64,000 bases of DNA from Adineta vaga (taxonomy: Eukaryota; Animalia; Rotifera). The stretch is taken from positions 1,302,001-1,366,000 of the forward strand of contig CP075495.1 of assembly GCA_021613535.1 (NCBI GenBank), in the 5' to 3' direction. This document shows, piece by piece, positions 1 to 13,693 of this stretch (its first letter is position 1; every line of letters starts with the position of its first letter). The notes under the pieces were generated by a model. That model ran no database searches. It had not been told where the DNA came from and saw nothing but the letters and a program-made list of their open reading frames with translations. The position numbers were made by a program, and so were the translations under genes.

Positions 1-604
1 GATGATAATAAAGATTTAACATGTGATAAAGATTGATGTGATGAAAGATAATGAACAAAAAATGTTAATTCACAAATTAATGGTAATGAACTAAAAGAAA
101 ATTTCAATATTCATTTTGTTTTTCAATGTTTACTAACTTGTTATTGAAATTTTCTTGATTTTTTGTTAGATCTAATATAGAATTAGATGTTTCTTTCAAA
201 GTAATATTAACATCGAATGTGATAAATCGATAAATAAATGCTATGTGTACATAACGAAGATATCGAAGAAGAATAAATAATTGTTTTGTATTATTTCCTT
301 GAAAATCACCGATATGATTCTTTCGATCATTTTCTAATTGAATAAATTTCGGATTAAATTTTGATGAAGTTTTTTGATAAATATTTTTTGTTATTGCAAG
401 ATTAGTTGATGGATATTCTGAATGAATATTTGTTAATGAAGAATAAAGCCATTTCGAAAATAATGATTCATCTTCAATTGTTTTTAATAATTCTTGAATA
501 TTTCGACTAGATTCAACTAAATCAGATTTATTTATTGATATATAACGATAATGAAACAAGGAAGTTTTCTTTACGAATTGAATATAACGAGTTATATTTA
601 ACAT
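1..604 (-). CDS. Partial multi-exon gene of unknown function running off the left edge
   Basis: 166-aa open frame 104..604 with an acceptor (ttttag) just upstream of 604, a donor near 137 and a further open exon from ~90 to the window edge. No recognisable motif; start exon not resolved. Confidence 0.45.
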
Positions 605-1452
605 CTAAAATAAAATAGAATATCAATATAGATATTTATTAATGTACGATTTAAATTGTGTATAGAACTATTTATCGAATAGAAATAATATTCGTTTTCT
701 ATTAGAGGTTTAATTCATCCAATCTGTGTTTTCTTAAAGATTGTCATTAGTTATTGTAGCAAGGTTTACTTTTTTTGAGAATTCATTCATTGAAACAAAT
801 GTGAAGAAGTTCGAATTGATCTGAATTAGTGACAATGATTGTTTTTTTTTTCGTTGAAAAGAGGAGATGAAGACGTATCGAAGTGTTTATTCTAGAGTTT
901 TGTATTGAAAATTTTCAATCTAGTTTCTAATACAATCTTCTAGTAAAAACTGTGAAAAAAAAATCATATTTATGCTTTCTCCTTTTTTCATTAATTAAAA
1001 AAACACATTTTTCGAATACTTACTCAGTTCTCTGTCAACATTTTCCTATTATAATATTAGTTGAAGTACGATCAAAGAAAATTTATTCAAGTCTGATCTA
1101 GAGTAAAAATGTGTCATCACTACCACTACTTTTGGTCTAACCTAAATATATCTTCTGTGGAATTGTTCAGATTGAAATCAGAAATACTTTTGTTTTATTT
1201 TCTACAAGATATTGAACAATAATATTCTTTTAATATAATAGAAAAACGATAGATATTCACTTACTGCTGATAATATTCATGTATTATTACAACAAGTCTC
1301 AAATTATCGAAAGAATGAATCGTTTGAGATGAAATACCAAGAGTCAGATTCATTTAAAAACAATTTAATTTCACACGAGATGTTTTGATTTATTTTAAAA
1401 AGATTTAAAATAAGAAACTAAAAGAATATCTTATTTAAATATACAAATCAGT

Positions 1453-2860
1453 TCAAATAGGTAAATCAGTTTCATCGATTGTTTTTCTCCATATACCTTT
1501 CAAAGGATTATAGAATAGATAGAAATATTCTTCTTCAGGAATAGTTTTTACATTGATATAATTAAGATCAAATGGAATTTCATTATAATGACCAAAGAAA
1601 TGAAGTTGAATAGAGATTGGTTGAATATTTTTATCTGATATTTCGAAAGTAAATGGTTCTTCCGTTAATGTTTGCTTTGTTTTCTTGCCAATATGTATTT
1701 TAATCGATTGAAAAAGTGAAAATGGTATCAGTGCACTATCTGGATCACGACCTTCGATTAGAATATTCGATTTCTGTAATTCACTATCATTTTGACGTGT
1801 AATACGAACGCGTCGTCGTAGAATCCATGGTGGAATGGATATGTCCAATCGCTTCATCAAACCATTCATAATTACATCACTAAATGCATGTATATTTAAT
1901 GTTGCACGGGCATGTAATGGTGTACGTTGAAGATTACCAATAATTAATTTTTGTTTTCGTTTTGCTACACGACGAGGTATATCAGAAGCCGGTGTTACCG
2001 TTAAACACTACCTATTGACTTTCGATTTGGATTCATATCGTGCAAAGTATGGTTACTTACCAAGTACGAGACAAACATCTGCTTTTTCTGCGTGATCAAA
2101 AGCTTTTTTCAATTCATTCTCTGGTAAATCTTCACCAAAATGAATAAGAGAATCGCGCAATTGACCATGACATTCGGGTTTATCACATCGACGACCAGTA
2201 TAATGATTTGGATGATCCATATCAGTGTCAAAATCTCGTAAGTATCTAGCTTTACATTTTTTACATGTTTCTAAGTTCATATTGCCATGTAATTCGGCAA
2301 GATGTGTCGCATTCATACCACTACGTAAATGTAAACCATCACAATTTTGTGAAATTACACATTTAAGAATGCCACGACGTTGTAATTCAACAAGAGCCCT
2401 AAATAAAATTTAAAATTTGTTTTTTATTCTTTTAAATTTAAACACAAAATAAAATACATATGAGACGGTGAGGGAATAGCTTTTTGCATATCATCAATAA
2501 CATTAGCTGAACTTGATCGAAATTTCTTATTACTAAAAATAAATGACAATTTAAAAAGAACGAAATAAAAAAGTAATTTACTCTTGCAATTCCCATTCAC
2601 CAGGTCCAGTAGATAATACAGTATCCATGGCACTACGAAAATCAGGAATTCCAGTTGATGTAGATATGCCAGCACCTTGAGATAAAAGCATAGATGTATT
2701 CTTATAGATATCTTGGATAGTGAATCTATATACCTGTAAATACAATGAAATGTTCACTTTCTTTTATCCATTGAGCCAATTGATCCAAATGTGTATCGAG
2801 CTCTTTTTGTGTATCAAAATATTCCTTTTTACATTCAGGATCCGAAATACCATGAGCCAT
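1453..2860 (-). CDS. NAD-dependent deacylase, class IV (SIRT6/7-like) sirtuin, multi-exon
   Basis: Spliced product begins MAHGISDPECKKEYFD and carries FTG|AGISTSTGIPDFRS, SQNCDGLHLRSG, ELHGN, CxxC/C zinc site, HFGEDLP, SLTVTPA and NLQRTP. ATG at 2860, stop at 1453. Confidence 0.92.
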
Positions 2861-3369
2861 GATTGACTATCTTACCTACACGTCGATCGTCAAATGCGCT
2901 ACTGATTAAAACGAAAGAAAGCAATGAACAGGTGTTTTACACTTACGTTGCGTAATTACCTGTCTTACACAATTCTTTAACAAAAAGAATGAGTCATTAA
3001 AATACGTTTATTATGAGTAGATCTCTAATTCATATTCGGCCATAGATATATTTGTATATGTGAGTTGAGTTAGAATAAGTCTATTCCTCTTTTCATAGAA
3101 AGACATAGAAATGTGCTATTGTTTTACAATTTATTTTCGAAGTTATAATAAACAGCTGAATCTTCATTTATATTCTAACTCACATTAGACAGCTGATGCT
3201 CAAAAGTCTTACTTCATGTTTATTTCATGGAATAAAACGTTTTTATTCATAGAAAAATAATTTCTCCCAACTATTACAACTAATAATTGATCATACATTA
3301 ATGTATCTATATTCGATAAAATAAAATCGAGAAAAACGACAAAAAAAATATATATATAGAATATGAATA

Positions 3370-4981
3370 CTATCGTTCGGTAAATGATTGCGTATGTCTA
3401 TAAGTATTTGTCTGTGGTGATAATATTGTTGATCTATGTGCGACTAAACGCATTCGAACTGTTTGTCGTACTTGTTCACGTTGAGATTTTGTTCGAAATA
3501 GATTCATAAATTTAGTAAAACAACATTCTTGATAAAAAACATAGAATAATTTTCTTATTTCATTACGAAATGATCTTCCACTTAAACAATACACATAAAA
3601 ATTCAATGAACAATTGGCTAAAATAACGACACTAACCCAATATGATAAAAGTGCATTCGATGTTGACCAATGTACAAATGTAGCTGTTAATGAGGAGAAA
3701 AAGAATAGACAAGAATGAATTATTAGAACAATATTCATCCATGATGTACGAGGACGATTATGAACGATTAAACCATCTGCTGTTTCTTTACCACGAAATG
3801 ATGTATTCGAATTATGACGAATACTTGTTGATGAACCTGTTGTTGAAAATGATAATGTTGATTGAACAACACGAATTATAATTCCAATATTAAAAAAAAT
3901 AACTAATATCGATGGAATTATTTCGGAAAATATGGAACGAAATGTTGTATAATTAAATCCAAATGAAACTTCTAATAAGAAATCACGCCAGAATTTAGTT
4001 ATTGATTCTTTCAATCCACATCTCATGTGATTGATATGATGTGAATTTTGATTATGTGTTATATCTTCATTTCTATGTATAGATTGTGTCAATTCTGTAG
4101 AATTTGTTGTTCTAAAGAGAAAAAAATATATATATATATTATTCATAGACATTCTTTAGTTAGATAAAATTTCAGAAAGATGAGATCTATTTATCTAATT
4201 CAAATAGATTCTTTATCGGACAGACAATCAGAGATGGAAACATTATCCTTGAATTACAATTTTGTTTTTGTTTTTTTCATCGAAAGAAAAATTATGAAAA
4301 GTTCAAATTAGAACAAGTATAGAAATCAACATGTCCCTTTCTCATGTTTTACATATTCAATTACGGACATTTTCTATGACTTAATGTGTCATGCTATAAC
4401 GTCTCTAAATTTTCCCCTTAAGGCTATTAAATCTTCTTGAGAAAAAGAAAAGTTTTAAAATACCTGAAGATCATTGTTGATGTTGTATTCTGTTCATATG
4501 GAATTCGTATTAGTTCGGATTGTGATTCAAAAAAATAAATTGTTGGTCCTGTTAGACTTACAATGATAATTGAACATAAAATTATCATAAAATAGAATTT
4601 ATATTTTTTAATACATTGAATATTTTTAAAGAAATGAAAATTTGTTGTTACATAAGTAAATCTTTCATATGTCCATGCAACAGTTACAAATGCTGATAGA
4701 ACTCGTAGACAAGATGAGATTCGATATAATTTACAATTAAACCATGATTGACCAGCTTTTTGTGTTATCCAAAGACGAGTATCGGTATGAAGAAGAAGAG
4801 AATAACGAAATACACATAGAAGATTAATTATTAATGAAGCAATAGCTAAACGACCGTATGTTGTACGACGAAATTTTCGAGAAGAAAATACAATTAAACC
4901 AAGACTATTTCCAAGTGTGCCAAGTACAATCATAATTATACATATCCAATCAACGATTTCATTTGTTCTTGAACGCCACAT
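3370..4981 (-). CDS. Rhodopsin-family (peptide-type) GPCR, 2 coding exons (4981-4464, 4111-3370)
   Basis: Hydrophobic TM segments, GN in TM1, ERF (DRY variant), and LNFYVYCLSGRSFR in TM7/helix 8. GT/AG borders join the two ORFs. Confidence 0.88.
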
Positions 4982-7900
4982 AGCATTCTATCTGAAATTA
5001 AAATAAGTCAAAGAACTTTTTCTTTTGAATAACTTGTTATTCATGTTTATAAGGATTATTCAATTAATTCTCAAGATAGATAAGAAAATCTTAATTTAGA
5101 AAGACAGAATTCTATCCGCGTCATTCAAAAGAAGAAAAAAGATCATGTAACATTGCCGAGAAAATGAATGTGCATTGCTTTCTTAATGATTTATAACAAA
5201 AGCAGTAAGAAGAAAAGAATACAAAACAAGTCGGAACAGTCATTAATATCGCTCTTATGATTAGTTTTCAAAACAAAGATATATAATCATTTTTCAAGTA
5301 GAATGAAAGTAAAAATAGCCTACTTAGTTATCTAGTTTGAAGGTACCCATACGTGATATAAAGAAAAATGTTCATTCAAAGAAGAGAACTTTCATCTTGC
5401 TCGTAGTTTTTCTATTCTTCTGTCTAAACGATTAATTATCGTAAACACACGCTAAACCATATCCGACTCTAAGAGAGTAACAGTCCTGTCATAAAACGCT
5501 TACTAGAACCATACGAAGATAATTTATCATTTCTTTATAGATTACTGTAATGTCTTCTTCTTCTTCGTTTTTCTATTCAATAAAAAGAGGAAAGAAAGAA
5601 AAAAGAATAAAGAATAATAAAACGTTCCAGTTTTTTCTTCTTCTTCTTCTTCTTCTAATAACTCGGCTTTTCTTTTCTCAAGTATATTTTTATTAAGATT
5701 TGCTCGAATAATTCGATGATTTATTTCTTCTTCTTATCATTGTAATGCAAAACAATACTTATTGACGACAAAATCGATCGAATACCATAAATAAATGATT
5801 TTTTTCGACATGCAAAATACAAAGTAATGACTAATGACTTTTGTATTTAAATCTTGGAAAACAATAGATTTTTCTATATTTCCTCTTACTGTCATAATTA
5901 AAAACATTCGGTAGATAGAATTAACTACATAACTTTATTTCAAAATAAATTTCAATATATATATATATTTGGAATCTTTTCAAAAGTTTTTTATCCTTTA
6001 AGATATTTTTCTCCTATATATAACTAAATTGTTGAGGTGTAGTATGTCTTGATAATTGAACTAATCAACACATGCAAAAACACACAAGCGTTTTCAATAT
6101 ATTTCAACAAAAGAACGTCCTGTTACAAGTTTTGTGTTAGTAAATGTCATACTTTGTAATTTGACTTGTCAAAACTACTATATTATTATTATTATTATTT
6201 CTCTCAATTGAAAGACAAACGAACGATTGTATTCCATTCATACAACAATCAAAAAAGCATTCATTCGTCTTCACCGATAACTATGTGTATAATATGCAAC
6301 AGAAAAAAAGAAGAAGAGAAAAACTCAACATTCTTAATTTCTAATTAAATAAAAAGCTTTTCAACTACCCTTGAGGTTTCACTTTACTTATGCATCAGAT
6401 AAATATAGCATGACAAAACAAGAGAAAGCGATTTTCTTCTGATTGTTAGCACACAATTTGCTTCTATCGTTTGAATATCTCAATTGTCAAATCTCATGAG
6501 AAACAGACCTCTCTCGTCATGATAAATAAAAAATGAAGTCAAAGATAAATATTTACTTACGAATTATGAATATATCAGTCGGAAAATCCAATTGTGTACA
6601 TCTTGTATGTCCTACAGTGTTATATGTTGTTTTAGATTAAGTTACATTCGTATCGTCTCTCGGGATAGAAGTATTGTCAGAGTTTTTTTAATGAGCATTT
6701 TTTCGTGTAAATGAGAAAAGAAAAAGAAATATTCTCATAAGCTATTTTAAACCGAGAGAAGAAAAATATATATTTTTTTCTTCTGTTTTTGGAAATGAAC
6801 AATATAGAAAGAAACCTAATTGATTATCAAAGAAAACATTACACTTTAACTCGAAATAAAAAGAAAGAGTCATATTTCTTCAATAACTACGCAAATGAAG
6901 AAACATCGTTAAGACTTTTCTCTCTCTCTCTCTCTCTATTACTAAAATCTTATAGTTGCACTAATAGCAGCTGCAATGCATCTTCAAGGACACTTATTCT
7001 CATATAATTTCATCAACAATTATTATAAAGGAGATTTTCTTTCTCGTCAAACATACCTGCAATGTTAATAGTTCGTTTCGAAAAGGACTTTTGTACTCTG
7101 GTATAGAAGAAAAAAAACGGAGAATAACTGTGGTCTTTGTTTTTTCGTTCCTCTCTAGTTGTCATTAAAGAGACAAATAGATTCTAATAGAAATAGTCAT
7201 CTTTGACAGTCAGACTGATGTTCATAATTTATGTATTTTTTATGATATTTTTTTATTTTTTGATCTTAATTAACTTTCGTCAGGCTATAGAAATGCCAGT
7301 CATCACGCTCAACAATGAAAACAATGAAAAATACATCTTTCTTTACATGTTTCCTCTCTCTAATCAAATACCGGAAAATGTTATTCAATGTAGTCAACGG
7401 TTCTTTTCAATATTCTCGATCGTCTTTTATTTCATTTTAGCGGCATAGAACAACAAATTGCATTTTCAAAATACTCGTCTATTCATTAAAATCTATTATA
7501 GAATAAGTGCACAACAAAAATATCAACGAAACATATGGTTTTGTTCTTTGTAGTCGTAGGAAATATTTTTTATATCAATATTCGACGACAAACATACTTG
7601 GGAAGAACTGATAAAATTTCCATTAAATCTAAAGACACTTTTATGATTTTCGCTCTAGGAAAGAATAACAAGGTACGATAAACGCAGATATAGAAAAACT
7701 CAAGAAAATATATGACATAGATTCTTAATGATCAATAAAAATGTTGTATTCAATCCTTTTAAGACGATTAATAACTATTCGTAAAGAATAACGGCAATAA
7801 TATAAGAAAGAATGTCTTATCAACTCATTTGCCTACTTAACAATGTTTAGATTGACATGAAAATAAATTATACGAGTACTTGTATATTAATAATTGTTTC

Positions 7901-9102
7901 AATATCATTAACGTCATTTATATTTATATAAATTATTTTAAGAAAAGAACAATTGACCTTAAAGAAATATGTCATTCCAACCAGATTGTAATTTAATGAA
8001 CGCATATAGTTCAGTATCTATTAATGGCACATCATCATAATTGATTGTCTATATGAAGAAAGTCAAAGTTTGCATTTTTTCTCTATATAATGTTATTTTC
8101 AAACAATGTCATACAAACTAAAGCATAAAAATGAATTAGTTCTCATTTAATGAACAACACATGATATTTAATATACGTCATTGTCAATAATAGTTTTATA
8201 AAGATTTTTTTCTCTCGACTTCATTAATAGAATTAGTAACTAATACATTCATTAAAAGCTTTTTAATATTCTGTTCTATTTGATTTATTATTCATAAAAT
8301 TACTTTATCAAATCCTCTTTTCAACAGACGATCGAATATCAAGGGAGTTCTTTTTCATTGCCGCGCAATTGATTATTTCTTTTGAACAACAAAAAAATGA
8401 CGAGAAAAATATTATTAAATAAATAATATGAAGAGACGTCTATGACATGATTTGATCAAAACTTATTTATCGTTCTTTGTTACTAATTAAAGAATGATTA
8501 ATTTTCAACGACGGTTCAAACAATGTACTGACAGAGTTAACGGTCAAGATTTTACATTTCTGAACATTATTGATGTCGAGAGTGTCATGAAAAGGAAATT
8601 GAAACCCGATGATATGCCGTCGGCGACAAGATTATATTATCGATTTGTCTGCATTTCCTCAAAAAGATTTTACTTTTTGGATTCTTCTTTTTTCTTTAGA
8701 GATTTTTGAGAAACCATAGGAAATTATTCTTACTTCGTTTTTTCAAAACTATCTTAATTTCAATAAAATAATTTGCCATTAATTATTCTCTTACTATAAT
8801 CTATCGTTCTAAAGTTTTCTTCATCTATACTTTATTCAGAAATTTTTTCAATCAAACAATTCCATCTGAATGCAAATTGTTTCGAGTGCTGATATATTTA
8901 GAGTCAGAAGAAATATTTAATGGCGGGAAACTGTTTCCGCGTAAAGTCAAACTATTCTTCGTAAGCTTGGATGTTGTATTCAAGGACATTTTCAAAAGCT
9001 AGACGTTCATCTGTTGAAGATTTTATTTATAGTATCTGCCTAATTCGACTTCGAATATAAATGATGATTTTCAAAAAGTATTCCTAGTCATTAGTTTTGA
9101 TG

Positions 9103-9196
9103 GATAAAGATTTAGACATTGTTACTCATAAATATAATTTGTAAGCAAAGTTATATATGTGAAGAATTTTGATTCATAATCAATGGTAAACAAAAT
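9103..9196 (+). repeat. Dispersed AT-rich repeat, copy 1 of 3
   Basis: gataaagattta...cataaatataatttgtaa...gaagaattttga...taatcaat.gtaaacaaaat aligns by eye with 28843-28936 and with the reverse complement of 46745-46800. Confidence 0.75.
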
Positions 9197-9691
9197 CACT
9201 CTTACAATCGTGTAAAAGATAAAGTATTTTCATTACAATCTCGAAAAAAACCTTAAGTATCTTGTAACTATTTGCTTTGAACTTCAAGTAAGATTCTTGT
9301 TGAGTTAACTATGAACAGAGGATTACAGTTTCTCCTACTTTTTGTTTATAAATCGATTTCAAACGAAAAACTGTTCTATATAATTAAAACGAGAATGTGA
9401 AATTTCGAAAACATGTAAGTTCATTTACAAATAACATTTTTTTTTCAAATTTATTCACAGTAAGATCAAATCAATCGATAAATAATTATTCTTTGGTAAT
9501 TTTCTCTAAATATACTTATTAAAATACATCGTTAGAAAGAAAATTGTGCTTGTTATTTTATATTTCTTTTTCGATATAAATTACACGTGATTGTTAAATG
9601 GCGACAGATGCTCGCTGATGATAAGGAATGAAAGAAGAAAAAAAAACAAAAAATATCAAACGATTTAACCATATACAAGATAAGTTAACAA

Positions 9692-10214
9692 ATGTCGACC
9701 ATAATCGATGACTTTCTATATTTGGGTTCACTAACCGATGCATGTACACCTGAACTTTTGAATAAATTACAAATAACTCATCTAGTTAATTTAAGTATAA
9801 CTCGTATTATACTCGATCAATCATTTGAATTACTTCATTTACCATTAAATGATACACTCGATGAAAATATTACTAGCTATTTTCAACAAGCAAATGAATT
9901 TATTGATAAATGTCGACAACAGAAAGATGGACGATGTCTTGTCTTTTGTAAACATGGAAGATCAAGATCAGCTGCAAGTATGTTTACATTTTAATCGTAG
10001 ATATATGACTAATTTCTATGTATTAAGAATGAATTTTCTTTTTCTTTTAGTTGTAATTGCATATTTAATTGCTCATCATAACCATTCACTTTCATCTGCT
10101 TATTTATATTTATCAAAAATTCGTCCAAGTATATCACCTAATCGAAATTATTTAAATCAATTAGATAAATATTCTTCTCAATGGGAACATATTCATTGTC
10201 CATCCTTTTATTGA
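9692..10214 (+). CDS. Small atypical dual-specificity phosphatase, 2 exons (intron 9978-10050)
   Basis: LYLGS, ITHLVN, general-acid D (LNDTLD), intact CX5R loop VFCKHGRSRSA, AYLI, and RPSISPNRNYLNQL. Confidence 0.92.
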
Positions 10215-10275
10215 TGAAAAAAAATAAGTTGAACAAGAAAGAGAAAAGAATAATTCAGAAATCAATGCTGTTGGT

Positions 10276-11601
10276 TTATTGATTTTGCGGTTTACTAAAA
10301 TATAAATCGAAATCAATTTTTGTAAATAATGTCAAATATTAATAAAAAAAAACAAGGAAATTTACTTTGCCCATTCAACTTTCAAAATCAAATGATCATA
10401 ACCAAATCCAGATACACATTCGATCGCTTTCTGTGCATCTTTCTTGTCATTAAATGTAATAAAAGCGAAACCTTTTGATGTATTATTAGTCTTATCTTTT
10501 GCTAAATAAACTCGACTAACAAGACCAAATGGTGTAAATAAATCACGAAGATCTTGTTCTTGAGTTTCTTCCGGTAAATTCGTTACTCGAACAGTTGCTT
10601 CATCTAAATGAATTACAGTATAATTCTACGAAGTTTTCGTTGAAAAATGAAAAAATCTAACCTCTTCGCATATCACCATTCTTGCCAGCATATGATCCAC
10701 CAGCGCCAGGACCACGTGATGGACCTCCACGATCACCAGGATAAGCAGTGCCAGATCCACCACCTTGTACTCTTTTTGAAACCCATTTTCCAGTAGTAGT
10801 TTCACCAGTAGCTCCACCACTTGTATTTTGACCTTGTGGAGCGGCATTTGTCGTTGACGTTGTTGTATTTTCGACTGAAAAGTATTTCTCTTTATTTTAC
10901 AAAGAAAACTTTTTATTATTCAAACCTGGTTTTTCACTTGATTGATCCATATAAGTTTGTAAATTATCTTTATACGGACATTTCGTTGTCCAATGTTCAC
11001 CTTTACATAATCGACATTGAACTTTTCGTAGAGTCGAAACAGCTTCTTTGATAAGTTTATCTTCATCTTGTTTTGCATCCTGTATGAGAAGAAAATCAAA
11101 GATATGATTTGAAGAAAAACAAAAATCATCAATATAAACAAACTTCTTTAGTTGAGATAAATTGCATGGTTATCTCATCATCAACTTTCGTTGTTGCAGT
11201 ATTAATACCAGGTGGATCGCTAGCTGCATTACCGAATTTTTTCCATTTCTTTAATAATGAAAAGAAAAGTCATTCAAGATTTTGAATATTATCTTTTACC
11301 TTTCGTTCAGCAACAATGGGTAAAACTTTTAGTTTTTGATTTCGATACGTTTTTGTTGTCTTGAAAAAAAGACAAAGAATTTTGTTAGAATAAATAGAAT
11401 GAAAATTAAATAATACTTTATAAATAGTTCCATTTTCTTCTCGATATTCAATACGAATTGTTTTACCATCATTTGTCTCGTGGACTTCATTGGCAGGTAC
11501 TTAAAATATAGAAAATATTCTAATTAGAACAATTAAATGAAATGCTACAAACTTCGTTCATGTTCAACTTGGTGATGCCAATCTCGTTTTGTTGTTGTCA
11601 T
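10276..11601 (-). CDS. EIF3G: Eukaryotic translation initiation factor 3 subunit G, multi-exon
   Basis: WKKFG, zinc knuckle CRLCKGEHWTTKCPYKD, and C-terminal RRM ATVRVTNLPEETQEQDL...SKGFAFITF...GFGYDHLILKVEWA read on the minus strand. Confidence 0.95.
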
Positions 11602-12067
11602 TCTTATTTGATTTAACTAAAATTAATAAAAAATATGTTCTTAACTGCGAACGTTTTATATTCGTAAAAGTATTTGTTAGACGGATTTCGTAATTCTTCA
11701 TTGGGCTATTTCTTACAACTTATTAGAATATGTTTTTTACCATTCGAATTTTTTCTTCTTCTTCTTGTATACAAAAATATAGATGTCTCCACAAATCGAT
11801 TTACATTCAAACAAACATACATTTCTCTATATTTTGATCCAATGTATGCAACATGAGTATTATTGATTGAAAAAAACTGTATAGAATAATAATAATAGGT
11901 ACATGAAAATAATTAGTCCGTCCAAGTAGTTGTTGAATTATCTTTTGAAATTATTCTACATCATACGACAACATGCAAAAGATAAGAAATACTTTTGTCA
12001 TCATTCGACAGCATCAAAAATAAAATAAAAACATGATCATCTTACACATCTCTTCTATGTATTTAAT

Positions 12068-13444
12068 ATGGCAGTTTTTACGGAATTTCCATATATAGCA
12101 GCTTTGAAAGAGCCATATCTTGGTAGTTATTGTTCTACATGTTTTAAACCAGCTAAGATAAAATGCTCAAAATGTCAAATCATCGTTTATTGTAATATTC
12201 AATGTCAAACAAATGATACTCCTTTTCATCAATTAGAATGTCAAGCTTATAGAATTTCTTCTGATCAACATGGATTTTCCGAAGCAGTACTTACTCGAAT
12301 GATTGCTCGTGTTATAAGTCGTTTGCGTATTGATGGAGGTAAACCTGAACATGATTTATGTTCGAATATTTCGCCATCAATTCGTCGTCGATCATGGGCA
12401 GATCTACTTGGACATCGCGATGAAATTTTTCATTCAGAACGACATTTGAAACAATGGTTAATAACTAAACAACAAGTTGAATTCTTCTTTGGTAATCAAT
12501 TTGATCATATTGATCTTCTAGAAATTTTCGGTAAACTTCTAATCAATCGTTTTCGTGTTGGTATTCATGAAAATCTTATTGATGGACGTGTAGCTATCGG
12601 TTGGGCAATTTATTTAACAACATCACTATTTAATCATAGTTGTCAACCAGATTTACTTCAATGTTCATATGATATTAATATGCGTTTAAAACTTGCAAAT
12701 GGTAATCAAAAATTTCCTCAGACAACTGTAGAATTTAATGAATTAACAGTGAGTTATCGTCATCAAAATGATTTTCGATCGACTAATACATCGAATTATG
12801 TACCTACAAGACGACAACGTCGAATATTTGTTAGTTTTTTCTTTTTTAATTGTCATTGTAAATTTTGTGCAGATGATTTACGAAATCGATACGCAGAATC
12901 CGCAACCAATCGTTTGTGTGAACGATGTGGAGATTCATTAGTATTACAAGAAGACTATCATGATTCAACGAAATCGATTCTCACGTGTCTTGGACGAAGG
13001 AAATGTCAGAAGACTGAAGAAATTGTCGACCGTGTAACGATACCAAAAATACAAAATACAGAACAATCAGTTGATATTTGTGAAGAATATTTAGAAAAAT
13101 TTGAACAATTATTACATCCGGAAAGTATTCTTTTATTACAACAACGTGAAAAACTCTTATTTATCTATCAAAAGCTTCTCAATCAATGTAATCTAGAAGA
13201 AAATCAGCAACTAACTTTTATTCATCGTGCTATTCAATTAGGTGAACAATTGATTCAAGTTTATGATATTTATTTGAAACATTCGTCAGTCTATCCGAAA
13301 ATTGTTCTGACAGATATTGCTCTTCTCTGTGAACGTATAGGAAAGAACGAAAAAGCAAAAGAACTTTATCAAAAAGCAATAGATCTATGGCGAGCTGATT
13401 ATCATGATCATATTGATTATCGAGATTTGATGGTGAAATTATAG
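12068..13444 (+). CDS. SET and MYND domain (SMYD-like) protein, intronless, 458 aa
   Basis: MYND finger CSTC..CSKC..YC..C..HQLEC, SET motifs FNHSCQP and ELTVSY, post-SET FNCHCKFC, and a helical TPR-like C-terminus. Confidence 0.9.
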   Translation: MAVFTEFPYIAALKEPYLGSYCSTCFKPAKIKCSKCQIIVYCNIQCQTNDTPFHQLECQAYRISSDQHGFSEAVLTRMIARVISRLRIDGGKPEHDLCSNISPSIRRRSWADLLGHRDEIFHSERHLKQWLITKQQVEFFFGNQFDHIDLLEIFGKLLINRFRVGIHENLIDGRVAIGWAIYLTTSLFNHSCQPDLLQCSYDINMRLKLANGNQKFPQTTVEFNELTVSYRHQNDFRSTNTSNYVPTRRQRRIFVSFFFFNCHCKFCADDLRNRYAESATNRLCERCGDSLVLQEDYHDSTKSILTCLGRRKCQKTEEIVDRVTIPKIQNTEQSVDICEEYLEKFEQLLHPESILLLQQREKLLFIYQKLLNQCNLEENQQLTFIHRAIQLGEQLIQVYDIYLKHSSVYPKIVLTDIALLCERIGKNEKAKELYQKAIDLWRADYHDHIDYRDLMVKL

Positions 13445-13693
13445 AACTTATTTCTATTAGTTGTATGTTTTTTCTAAGTTATAATAAAGCGTGCTCTTTT
13501 TCATACAACGTTTACTTCTATCATAATTTATATTGTATGACTCATAACTGACATCATTCTTCCAAAACCCTTATGATTCATTTTTTGGGCGTTATTTTTG
13601 TTTTTTTCTGCTGACATAGAAAATGCACAAATATCTACATATTTCCGTATCGTTCTCTAGGAAATTGACGTGTTTCATTGTCATTCTAAAACG

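Noticed and set aside
5000-9690. Short ORFs (6166, 6789, 7203, 8494) as genes
   Set aside because: Low-complexity AT-driven translations without motifs or a consistent splice chain. More likely the regulatory and 5' UTR region of the divergent GPCR and DUSP genes.
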